Positions 1 through 9,278 of a DNA stretch of 64,000 bases are shown one piece after another. The notes under the pieces were generated by a model that was given only the letters and a program-made list of their open reading frames with translations, did not search any database and had not been told where the DNA came from. Positions within the stretch are counted from its first letter, which is position 1, and every line of letters begins with the position of its first letter. The position numbers and the translations under genes were made by a program. The stretch is from Alphaproteobacteria bacterium (GTDB lineage: Bacteria; Pseudomonadota; Alphaproteobacteria; Rs-D84): the NCBI GenBank assembly GCA_017505705.1, contig JAFVOS010000010.1, positions 2,883 through 66,882 on the forward strand, read 5' to 3'.

Positions 1-3000
1 CGTCTGCAGGTGCAACAGTAAACCAGTATGCCCAATGGTATGCGAACAAATACACAATTGTGTATAACAGCAACAAGCCCAGTGCAGCAAGTGGAACAAT
101 TAGTGGCACAACTGCATCCAGTTCACATACGTATGATGTGATAAAGAGTTTGACAGATAATGGATATAAATTAACTGGTTGGACATTTGTGGGGTGGAAT
201 ACCAAGGCAGACGGTTCTGGAACCGCTTATGTAAATGGCGAATCTGTTGTTAATCTGGTGTCAGAAGATAATGGTAGCAAGACGTTGTATGCTCAATGGG
301 TCGCAAATACATTGACAATATATTTTAACAACGGCGGTGCAACAGGCAGTCCTACAAAGACCAGCATAACATGCAAGTATGATGCAGCGTGTTCTGCAAC
401 GACCCAGGGGGCAATGTTAAATACTAATCATACATTTGAAGGCTGGACAGATGTTGAAAATGGAACAACTGTTAAATACAACGCTGGCGCATCAATTAAA
501 AATATAATCAACAGCGGCAGCACGACATTGTATGCTGTGTGGTCTGGTTGTCCAAAAGCACAAGCAGGAACAGGTGTTGTAAAATCTGTGTTGGTTGGTG
601 TGACAGATAATGTTTGTCGCTATATACATACCTGCTCTGCTGGATTTTATAGCGCACGTCATTTGCAGAACATAACGGCCGCAACGATAACTTGTGCAGC
701 ATGTACAGATTTGCCTGATAATGCAAAGTGGACGGGTGCTGCAACAACAGATACGTGTGCATGGGAATGTGACGCCTGTGTTAAGGGGGCAAATGTAACA
801 TCGTGTGCTGTATCGAAAAACGAAAATGCCAGAACATGTACTTACACTGGTACGTGTAATGCAAACACATTTAAACCTGTGGCGAATAAATCAACAATCA
901 GTTGTACTGTATGTCCAGTTAACAGCTTTACAGAAGCAGATAACGTCAATACATATTGTACTTGTTCAATTGGACACAGCACCAACGGCAAGGTGACAGG
1001 ACCACAAACAACTGATTCAACCGTTTGTACGCCGATTACGGACTATAAGATAGACTATGTTATGAATGGTGGTACAAACTATATTGATGCACCTGGCGTC
1101 TACAAGTATGGTGTAGGGACAACGATTGATGGTGTGCCAGTGCGTACGGGATATACGTTTGCGGGTTGGTGTTCTGACAAGACGCTGAATTCATGTGCAA
1201 ATCAACATGTGATATCGGATTTTGCAACGGGGACACAAACTGTGTATGCAAAGTGGTCTGCAAACAGCTATAAGATTACATTTGATAGAAATGGCGGAAC
1301 CGGAGATATTCAAGAAAGTGTGATTTGTTCGTTTGACAGCGGTAATTGTGCAATGCCGGCTGTGACTTCGCTGGTGCGGGCAGGATATGTGGCAACAGGT
1401 AAATTATGCGAAAATTCAGATGGCAGTGGAAAATGCTATGATGCAAATGAAAATGTTGCAACAAATATTTCAGAAGATGCAACGGATACTAAATTGTATG
1501 TTATTTGGGAACCGGGGGTATTTAAGATTACATTATTGACACCAGAAGCGTCACGTAATGATGTTCAACCACCAGTGTATCTGAAATATACAGTTGGTTG
1601 GTATTCAGATGCAAACGCTGAAAATCCGCTGATAAATATGGACGAAACCAGATTGCCAGAAAGAGATGGTTATGTGTTTGATGGTTATAGAACAGCAGAT
1701 GGTGTAAAGATTGTTTCACCGGATGGTGTGATGCAAAAAACACAAGCTGAATTAACAGCTGTAACCGCTGATTCTGTGGCCACAGTTATGTGGCAGCCAG
1801 GTAAAACAGTGTGTCCAGCAGGATATTATTATCCTGGTCAGGGCGGAACATGTAATGTATGCGATGAAAATCATTGGTGCCCAGGTGGAACATTTGATAC
1901 CGATACCAAGGTTATTGGGGGACATAATTCATGTGCAGATGGCGGTGTGTCGTCTGGTGGTATATCTGCAACACATCCTGGGGTTTGTTATAAGAATTTG
2001 TTGCCATATACATCTGTGACAGGACTGGCAACAGGTACACAGACGTGCCACTATAATACAGAAAGCACTAAGTATGATTTGACTTGTTATAATTTTGCAG
2101 TCAGCACCTGTGCAGCAGGATATTACTTTGTATCTGGTAATGATTGTACAGAAGTTGGTCAGAATTACTATAGCGCAGAAGGCAGCATGTTAAAGAACCC
2201 CTGCCCTGAAGATGGTGTGACAGGTTCTTTAACAACGGCGAATTCCGCAACCCAGTGTTATAAAACAGTGGCGTATAGTTCAACATATGGTGCAGGTACC
2301 CAAGTTTGTAATTGGACAGATTATGATGTTGGATTTACAACAAACTGTCGCAGCAAGTTTATTGCAAGATGTGTCGGTGGATATTATCGTGCGACGCCAG
2401 ATGCAACAGATTGTGTGCCTGTGGGATATGGTGCATACAGTTTGATTAATAGTATTGATAAAATATTGTGTCCAGAAGACGGAAAAACTGATACGCAAAC
2501 TGCAGATGATGCGACGTTATGTTATCAACCAAACTATCCGTTTGTGACGGCACATGGCAGTGGTGTCAGATACTGTAATTTCAGCATATCGACCCAAGGT
2601 TATACGAACTGTCAAACCAATATGTTTACATCGTGCAATGATGGGTATTATTGGGCGAAACTGGGGGATGAAGATTGTGTGCCTGTGGGATATGGGTACT
2701 TTGGACCAGTGGCAGCAGATGACAATATGGGATATATGACAGGTCGTGATGCGTGCCCAGCGTTCTTGACGCGTCAGGGAATGACACAAACCGCAACCAG
2801 TGCAGATGCCAGTGCATGTTATATGACCAGAATATCGTGTAATGTGCCAAATGGTTCTGGTATTAAGCAATGTGGATACAACACGTCTACGGCTGATTAT
2901 ACGGCAAACTGTTCAGAATGTATGGTGACACTGTGTGAATCTAGATATTATTTGAATGACAACAAGTGCAACTTCTGTCCAGAAAATGAAATCTGTGATG

Positions 3001-4235
3001 AATTGTCACGCAAGGATTCTGATGAAAATGGTATGCCTGATGGAGAACCACTGATGTGTAAAGCAATGTTCAACAGTCGATATCCGTATGCTGATGCAGG
3101 TTCTATATTTGCGGGCCAATGTTGGGGCGTGTGTGACTTGTTGGAGAACGTTGTCAAAATGATAGGGCGTGATTACCAAGGAGATCCGATGGTTGACACT
3201 TGCGAAATTCAGATTTGTGAAGAACGTCACTATCTGACAGATGACAAGAGTGCTTGCTTAATCTGTCCAGAAAACTATATTTGTGGTCCAGAAACAACGT
3301 CTGATTTGGATGATGATGACATCCCAGATGCATCACCAAAATCATGTGCCGAAATTTCGGGTGGAACACACATATATGCCCCAGAAGGCTCTGTTGAATC
3401 ATCTCAATGTTATGCTAAGTGTGAAGGGTTTGATATCATCGGGGGACGTGCATATCCAAGAAAAGAAATCGTGTATTTTGGTTCAGATGTATGTGATTAT
3501 ATCGGAATGTCAGATACAGGAAACCCATGCCAGATTGAAGAAACACCAGATGGTTTGGCGTGCATAGAAGTGTCTTGTAATCCAGACTTCGAACTGATTG
3601 ATGGCAAATGTCAAAAGTGTGACAGACAGTATGCCACTGCGTATAAAGCAAATGGGAATTGCTTGGTAGCTAAGTGTAATGAAGGATATCATCCAGAAAG
3701 CGACCAGTGTATTGCAGATGAGCAAACATGTGATATGCCAAATGCAACCAAGGCTAAAAAAACGTGGAACCATAAATTGGGATCATATGGCATCTGCGAA
3801 ATTATAGAATGCGAAGAAGGATATCATGTTGCTTCTAATGCATGTGTACCAGATACGCAGTCATGCGAAATCAAAAACGGTACAGGTACACGCCAGTGGG
3901 ATACAGCAAAAAAAGCATGGGGTGAATGTGTTGTGACATCTTGTAAGCCTGGATACACAAATAATCCACGTGAATCAAATGAACCATTGGATGCATCTAA
4001 AAAATGTGGCGCATGTAGAAATACATTTGGTTTAAATGGTCAGGTTGCGGTCAGCACATGGATAAATGGCTGTGAAATTGGGGCATGCTTGTACCAGGGT
4101 GAATTGTATAACCTGGAAAATAATAAGTGTGTTGCAATTTGTAATCGTGCCCCAGATGAAACAGGTAGCATGCGTTGGGACGATGATGCGAAAAAGTGTA
4201 TACGTGAATGTAAACCAGGATACAAATCGTGGTAA
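1..4235 (+). CDS. Giant cysteine-rich surface/adhesin-like protein, 5'-truncated by the window edge
   Basis: The frame is open from nt 3 (SAGATVNQYAQWYANKYTIVYN...), so the N-terminus lies upstream. At least 5 units fit the ~80-aa pattern Y.I.Y..NGG.G...GY.F.GW...DGSG..Y....LYA.W (Listeria-Bacteroides/Flg_new type). From ~nt 1812 there are four ~88-aa Cys modules (C.GYY..DC..VG.G.Y...CPEDG.T...A..CY), then C.EGYH...C EGF-like units. Stop is at 4233-4235. Confidence 0.8.
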   Translation, partial: SAGATVNQYAQWYANKYTIVYNSNKPSAASGTISGTTASSSHTYDVIKSLTDNGYKLTGWTFVGWNTKADGSGTAYVNGESVVNLVSEDNGSKTLYAQWVANTLTIYFNNGGATGSPTKTSITCKYDAACSATTQGAMLNTNHTFEGWTDVENGTTVKYNAGASIKNIINSGSTTLYAVWSGCPKAQAGTGVVKSVLVGVTDNVCRYIHTCSAGFYSARHLQNITAATITCAACTDLPDNAKWTGAATTDTCAWECDACVKGANVTSCAVSKNENARTCTYTGTCNANTFKPVANKSTISCTVCPVNSFTEADNVNTYCTCSIGHSTNGKVTGPQTTDSTVCTPITDYKIDYVMNGGTNYIDAPGVYKYGVGTTIDGVPVRTGYTFAGWCSDKTLNSCANQHVISDFATGTQTVYAKWSANSYKITFDRNGGTGDIQESVICSFDSGNCAMPAVTSLVRAGYVATGKLCENSDGSGKCYDANENVATNISEDATDTKLYVIWEPGVFKITLLTPEASRNDVQPPVYLKYTVGWYSDANAENPLINMDETRLPERDGYVFDGYRTADGVKIVSPDGVMQKTQAELTAVTADSVATVMWQPGKTVCPAGYYYPGQGGTCNVCDENHWCPGGTFDTDTKVIGGHNSCADGGVSSGGISATHPGVCYKNLLPYTSVTGLATGTQTCHYNTESTKYDLTCYNFAVSTCAAGYYFVSGNDCTEVGQNYYSAEGSMLKNPCPEDGVTGSLTTANSATQCYKTVAYSSTYGAGTQVCNWTDYDVGFTTNCRSKFIARCVGGYYRATPDATDCVPVGYGAYSLINSIDKILCPEDGKTDTQTADDATLCYQPNYPFVTAHGSGVRYCNFSISTQGYTNCQTNMFTSCNDGYYWAKLGDEDCVPVGYGYFGPVAADDNMGYMTGRDACPAFLTRQGMTQTATSADASACYMTRISCNVPNGSGIKQCGYNTSTADYTANCSECMVTLCESRYYLNDNKCNFCPENEICDELSRKDSDENGMPDGEPLMCKAMFNSRYPYADAGSIFAGQCWGVCDLLENVVKMIGRDYQGDPMVDTCEIQICEERHYLTDDKSACLICPENYICGPETTSDLDDDDIPDASPKSCAEISGGTHIYAPEGSVESSQCYAKCEGFDIIGGRAYPRKEIVYFGSDVCDYIGMSDTGNPCQIEETPDGLACIEVSCNPDFELIDGKCQKCDRQYATAYKANGNCLVAKCNEGYHPESDQCIADEQTCDMPNATKAKKTWNHKLGSYGICEIIECEEGYHVASNACVPDTQSCEIKNGTGTRQWDTAKKAWGECVVTSCKPGYTNNPRESNEPLDASKKCGACRNTFGLNGQVAVSTWINGCEIGACLYQGELYNLENNKCVAICNRAPDETGSMRWDDDAKKCIRECKPGYKSW

Positions 4236-4265
4236 AAAAGAGCCCCAGTTTTGGGGCTTTTTATT
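4236..4265 (+). terminator. Intrinsic terminator
   Basis: Hairpin agcccc-agtttt-ggggct (4241-4258) followed by a T-run. Confidence 0.8.
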
Positions 4266-4303
4266 CATAGATTTTTATTCAGATTCATTGTATTATTGAA
4301 TTT

Positions 4304-5461
4304 ATGAAACTGTATGATATTGCGATTATCGGTGCGGGGGCTGCTGGATTAAGTGCGGCAGCGGTGGCTGTGCGACAAAACAAGTCTGTGTTAATACTGG
4401 ACATGGGGGATAGACCTGCCCGCAAAGTTTTGGCATCTGGTGGCGGGAAATGTAATATAACAAATACAGCTGCATCAGCAGATAGATATTTTGGTAATAA
4501 TAAAAATTTCGTTCGGGGTGCATTAAGTCGTGTGACCCCATATGATATTTTACAGTGGTGTGAAAGCCACAAATTAAATCTGTATGAAAAAACGCCTGGG
4601 CGTTATTTCTGTGCAGACGGTGCAGCAGCAGTGGTCGATGCATTGCTTAGTGATGCACAGATGGCATCGTTTGTGTATAAGACAAATGTTTTATCACTGA
4701 CCAAATCCAATGACTTGTTTATTATTAGTACCGACAATGGTAATTACAACGCAAAATCTGTAATTATTGCAACAGGTGGAATTTCTTTTGGAACGTTGGG
4801 GGTATCAGATGCTGGATATAAAATTGCCAAATCTTTTGGGCACCAGATTATTCCTGTGCGCCCTGCACTGTGTGCAATAAAAACAAAACGATTTGATTCT
4901 GAGCTGTCTGGAATATCAATACCGGTTGAAATACACGTTGACAATGAAAGCATTAATGACGATATGCTGTTTACACACTTTGGTATTGGTGGGCCGGCAG
5001 TATATCAGGCCACAGTTCGTGATATAAGTGCGGGGATAATGATTAATATGTGTCCAGGAAAAGATATTGTGAAAATCTTAAAACAAGCCAAGCAAACCAA
5101 TGGCCGCAATTTGATATCGACGGTGTTGGCACAGCATTTGCCAATGCGGCTGGTTCGCTTTATTATTGGCGATAAAAACAGAAATATTGCAGATTTTCGT
5201 GACACTAAAATCAAAGATATTGCATCACAAATTCAGGCTTGCACAATTGAATGTTCAGATATAGTTTTGTACAATATGAACAGTGCAGAAATTGTTCGTG
5301 GGGGCGTTTCAACAGATAAAATATCTTCTAAAACAATGGAGTCGTTGTTATGCCCAGGGTTGTTCTTTGCAGGTGAAGTTATTGACGTAGCCGGTGATTT
5401 AGGTGGGTTTAATTTGCACTGGGCATGGGCCAGTGGACGTGTTGCAGGACAAAACGCTTAA
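4304..5461 (+). CDS. HI0933/BaiN-like NAD(P)/FAD-dependent oxidoreductase
   Basis: N-terminal dinucleotide fold DIAIIGAGAAGLSAA, GGGKCNITN, IIATGGIS, and C-terminal FFAGEVIDVAGDLGGFNL.WAWASG. Confidence 0.8.
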   Translation: MKLYDIAIIGAGAAGLSAAAVAVRQNKSVLILDMGDRPARKVLASGGGKCNITNTAASADRYFGNNKNFVRGALSRVTPYDILQWCESHKLNLYEKTPGRYFCADGAAAVVDALLSDAQMASFVYKTNVLSLTKSNDLFIISTDNGNYNAKSVIIATGGISFGTLGVSDAGYKIAKSFGHQIIPVRPALCAIKTKRFDSELSGISIPVEIHVDNESINDDMLFTHFGIGGPAVYQATVRDISAGIMINMCPGKDIVKILKQAKQTNGRNLISTVLAQHLPMRLVRFIIGDKNRNIADFRDTKIKDIASQIQACTIECSDIVLYNMNSAEIVRGGVSTDKISSKTMESLLCPGLFFAGEVIDVAGDLGGFNLHWAWASGRVAGQNA

Positions 5462-5462
5462 A

Positions 5463-5492
5463 CAAAAACCCGCCATCGGCGGGATATTTTAT
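5463..5492. terminator. Bidirectional intrinsic terminator
   Basis: Hairpin cccgcc-atc-ggcggg flanked by A-run and T-run, between convergent genes. Confidence 0.75.
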
Positions 5493-6571
5493 TTATAATT
5501 ACCAATGTAAATCCCCATGTCTTGGGCAACTGATAACAATGGATCGTCAGGGTCAACATATGCATTTGCTGTGCACAAACCAGGGATTTTTGGATCAGAT
5601 GTGCTGTCGCCGGCGGCAACGAATTCTGCCAAAGACACTGTTTTACATTCACCACATTCTAATGTGGTAATAACATATGTTTCACCATTTTCAATTGCAT
5701 TGATGGCACAGTCGGCAAAACGGGTCGCCAAGATTCTGTCACATGCAGTTGTGTCGCCAGAACGTTGGGTGTGTTCTGGAAATGCGGTACGATTAACAAT
5801 GCCGGCAGCAGTTAATTTGCGTGAAATCATATCTGCAGGACGTCCAGAATGGCCACGCAACGTTATTCCTTCGGATACCATGATGATTCCATAATCTGTT
5901 GGCGCATTTGCCACGTGGGCAACCAAATCATCGACATTAAATTTAATTTCTGGAATCAGTATTGCAGTTGCACCAACGGCAATTCCTGCATTTAATGCCA
6001 AATTACCACAATCACGTCCCATGCTTTGCACAACAAACCAGCGGTGATGACTGCGTGCTGTTAACATTAACTGATCACAAAAAGAAGTTAATTGTTGTAC
6101 GGCGGTATCAAAACCAATTGTTCTGTCGGTTAATGGCATGTCCATGTCAATAGTTTTTGGGATGCAAACAAATTGCAAATCCTGGTATATCTCATGATTT
6201 GCCCATGCCAGGGATGTACTGCCGTTACCGCCAATTAAAATAAGTGCATCCAGTTTCAAATCATTTAACGATTGGCGCAATTGACGATTAAACTGTTTGA
6301 CACGATTGCGTTCGATTGCGGTTTCGAAATTCAGCGCACCAGCGTGACCATTGTGCAGAAAACTGCCCGACAGACGTGCATTTTCAATTGGCAAAATGTC
6401 TTCGGTTAAATCAATGGTTCGTGGTGTGCCACATAATCCGTCTGTGCCGTCTTGAATGCCGATAACATGCCATCCACGCAATGATGCACAACGAATAATT
6501 CGATGTATAGCGGTGTTTAATCCACTGCAATCACCACCTGTTGTCATAATACCAATTCGTTTCTTTTTCAT
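5489..6571 (-). CDS. pfkA: 6-phosphofructokinase (PFK family, ATP or PPi dependent)
   Basis: IGIMTTGGDCSGLNTAI, LILIGGNGS, CIPKTIDMD, and MGRDCGNLAL motifs. Confidence 0.88.
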   Translation of the reverse strand: MKKKRIGIMTTGGDCSGLNTAIHRIIRCASLRGWHVIGIQDGTDGLCGTPRTIDLTEDILPIENARLSGSFLHNGHAGALNFETAIERNRVKQFNRQLRQSLNDLKLDALILIGGNGSTSLAWANHEIYQDLQFVCIPKTIDMDMPLTDRTIGFDTAVQQLTSFCDQLMLTARSHHRWFVVQSMGRDCGNLALNAGIAVGATAILIPEIKFNVDDLVAHVANAPTDYGIIMVSEGITLRGHSGRPADMISRKLTAAGIVNRTAFPEHTQRSGDTTACDRILATRFADCAINAIENGETYVITTLECGECKTVSLAEFVAAGDSTSDPKIPGLCTANAYVDPDDPLLSVAQDMGIYIGNYK

Positions 6572-6678
6572 AATATTTAATTCCCTTAGCTAAATCAGAT
6601 GAATTATACCACAAATAAGTTGACAAAGAAATATATTTTGCTACATTTTGTCTAGCAATAATTTACAGGGGCAATCAG

Positions 6679-7809
6679 ATGGCAAAAGACAATAAAAACG
6701 AAAAGAAAAAGCAATCAACAGATTCTATGATTGACGAAGCAATTGCAAAGCAAAATGCATGGCTGGAAAACCGCAGAACATATACACGTGGCTTCTTAAA
6801 AAAACTGGATACGTTTGCACGCAAAAAAGATGAAAATCAATCTATTGACAAGAAAGAAATTGAACGTGCACGCAATCGCCGCAGTGTGATTGGTGCATAC
6901 TGGTTCCCTATTCTGTGTGCATTGGTCGTTATTTTTATTGCGATTTGGGTGGCGTTTGTACGTCAACCTGCCCCACAACGTGTTGTGGTTGTGCCAGCTG
7001 TTCCAGAACCTGTTGTGCAAGCAATAGATACAATGACAGCCCCAACATTCGATATTGTGCGTATTGAAAAAAATGGCAGCGTTGTTATTGCTGGGCGTTG
7101 GTTGCCACACCAAAACATCTCAATTGTTGTAAATGGCAAGATTGTTGCAACCGAACGCACAGATTCCGCCGGTGAATTTGTTTATGCGCCATCTAAGCCA
7201 TTTGCCGCCGGCAACTATACCATTTCATTAATGGGCACAGAACCAACCGTTAAATCCGAAGACAAAGTTTTTGTTTATGTGTCTGAAGCCGGGGCAGAAA
7301 ATTCTGTATCTTTGTTAATGACACGTGACGGCAGCACCCTGTTACAGGCCCCATCAATGTTGCGTGATGGCGATTTGTCTGTGTCCAAAATTGATTATCT
7401 GGATACAGGTCGTATTGTTGTGACAGGGGACGCATTGCCACGCCTGCGTGTGTCGTTATCACTGAACGATAAATATATGGGATTTGCACGTGTGTCAGAT
7501 CATCATCATTTTGGGCTGGGCGCAGATGTGGGCGAATTGGAAAGCGGCAAAGAATATTCACTGACCGTACGCATGCACGATGGAGATGGTCGCACCGTTG
7601 CCAGTGTCACACACGATTTTGTAATGCCAGAAATGACCGGCGATGATGACACATTTTATACTGTTCGTCGTGGGGATTGTTTGTGGATTATTGCACGCAA
7701 TTTCTTGCGTCGTGGTATTCTGTTTAGCATTATTGCAGAACGCAACAACATTGAAAACCCAGATCTGATTTATCCAAAACAATTGTTACAGATTCCAGTG
7801 GAAAAATAA
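6679..7809 (+). CDS. Membrane-anchored LysM peptidoglycan-binding protein
   Basis: Has one N-terminal TM helix (YWFPILCALVVIFIAIWVAFV) and a C-terminal LysM (YTVRRGDCLWIIARN...NPDLIYPKQLLQIP). Confidence 0.8.
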   Translation: MAKDNKNEKKKQSTDSMIDEAIAKQNAWLENRRTYTRGFLKKLDTFARKKDENQSIDKKEIERARNRRSVIGAYWFPILCALVVIFIAIWVAFVRQPAPQRVVVVPAVPEPVVQAIDTMTAPTFDIVRIEKNGSVVIAGRWLPHQNISIVVNGKIVATERTDSAGEFVYAPSKPFAAGNYTISLMGTEPTVKSEDKVFVYVSEAGAENSVSLLMTRDGSTLLQAPSMLRDGDLSVSKIDYLDTGRIVVTGDALPRLRVSLSLNDKYMGFARVSDHHHFGLGADVGELESGKEYSLTVRMHDGDGRTVASVTHDFVMPEMTGDDDTFYTVRRGDCLWIIARNFLRRGILFSIIAERNNIENPDLIYPKQLLQIPVEK

Positions 7810-8642
7810 TGGTTCGGCTAGACGTTACGCCACGTGTAAACTTGGCATTAAAAGTTACAAATTGGTGCAATTTGAATTGTGCCCATTGCTGTGAACGCAG
7901 TCACGCCAACGAACCATTTAATTTGATGCCAATTGATAAAATAGAACGCTATATTTGCGAATTCAAAGACATGGGTATACCTGTTTGGGACTATGTCACT
8001 TTTACAGGTGGCGAAACAATGGCACCATACTATATCGGTCATCATAAATACATTCCAACTGTAGCGGACATTTGTGCAAAAAACAATATGTCTGCATGTT
8101 TTAAGACAAATGCGTTGTGGGGTAATAAATTAATATTGTCTGGCAGCATTCTGAAATCACTGGCAGATATTGCACACAAACATGATCGCCAAATATCACT
8201 TGATATATCTATTGATGAATACCATGACAATATGAATGCGGCTGCCAATGTTGTTAATCAAATTATGAACAGTCAATATTTGTCTGCTGCGTTTCCTGTG
8301 TCTTTTGTCGGATTAAATACCCCTGCATCACAATATAAATATCAAGAATTTGCAAATATTCTTAGACAGCGTGGAATATATGTAGATCAAATGGATTCAG
8401 ATGGCAGTATCATTATGTCTAAAGGTAATAATCTGAACGTTATGTTTTATGAAATTGGCACATTGTCACGACTGGGGCGTGCAGCAGACAATGAATTAAC
8501 CCAGCATATACCAAATGGGTATACCGATTGCCTGATGATTACAAACGACGACCAGGTGATATTAAACCATAAACACAAAACCACAGTGGCCAATAAAACC
8601 ATTGGACAAGTCTATAATGAACTGATACAAAAAAAGAGATAA
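7809..8642 (+). CDS. Radical SAM domain protein
   Basis: CX3CX2C cluster motif CNLNCAHC at nt 7866-7889, followed by FTGGE. The start overlaps the LysM stop (TAATG). Confidence 0.75.
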   Translation: MVRLDVTPRVNLALKVTNWCNLNCAHCCERSHANEPFNLMPIDKIERYICEFKDMGIPVWDYVTFTGGETMAPYYIGHHKYIPTVADICAKNNMSACFKTNALWGNKLILSGSILKSLADIAHKHDRQISLDISIDEYHDNMNAAANVVNQIMNSQYLSAAFPVSFVGLNTPASQYKYQEFANILRQRGIYVDQMDSDGSIIMSKGNNLNVMFYEIGTLSRLGRAADNELTQHIPNGYTDCLMITNDDQVILNHKHKTTVANKTIGQVYNELIQKKR

Positions 8643-8647
8643 AAATT

Positions 8648-9274
8648 ATGGCATATAAAGATTTGGATTTACGTCGTCAACGTGGACGCGAAAGATATGC
8701 AAGAAATCGTGAAGCACGCAAACAGGCTGCACGTGAATACTATGCACGTAATGCAGATACGTTACGTGAAAAGAATCGTATTCGTGCATATGAAAGTCGT
8801 GAAAAATACAAAGATAAAATTCATGAATATCAGATAAAAAACAAAGATAAAATCAATGCAAGATGTCGTGCATATTATCAAGAGCACAAAGATGTAATAT
8901 TAGCGCAGGTGCGTCAACACCATGCCGAACACAGAGAAGAAATCCAGGCAATGCGCAATCAAGCAAAAGCAGAACTGCGCAACGCACGTGTTATGTGCCC
9001 TGCTTTTAAGTTTGTGGATAAAATACGTTTGGCAGATATAAAATTGTATACAAGCAAGTATCGACCATATTCCAACTTGCCGCATAAGGCTGCAAAAAAA
9101 TGCCAAGCGATTGTTATGGGCGATTATACACTGTGCCCAATTTGTAAAGATTGCACAATGTCTGACAAAAAGATGGAAGCGGTCTGTCCAATGCCACACG
9201 TGTTTGAATTTGAAAATGCTGTTGCCACAATCCGCGAACGAGCCGCCGATATTGTAATGGCAAACCAAAAATAA
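8648..9274 (+). CDS. Hypothetical basic protein with ~15-aa periodic R/K..YY..N/H repeats and a C-terminal Cys cluster
   Basis: The ORF starts 5 nt after the previous stop. Repeats include RERYARNREA, AREYYARNADTL, RCRAYYQEHKDVI. The C-terminus carries CPAF...CQAI...CPICKDC...CPMPH. Confidence 0.55.
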   Translation: MAYKDLDLRRQRGRERYARNREARKQAAREYYARNADTLREKNRIRAYESREKYKDKIHEYQIKNKDKINARCRAYYQEHKDVILAQVRQHHAEHREEIQAMRNQAKAELRNARVMCPAFKFVDKIRLADIKLYTSKYRPYSNLPHKAAKKCQAIVMGDYTLCPICKDCTMSDKKMEAVCPMPHVFEFENAVATIRERAADIVMANQK

Positions 9275-9278
9275 AAGG

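Noticed and set aside
508-4299. Numerous 60-117-aa ORFs on both strands inside the giant Cys-rich gene.
   Set aside because: All are embedded in, or antisense to, a 4.2-kb ORF with clear repeat-domain structure. None has an RBS or a recognisable motif.
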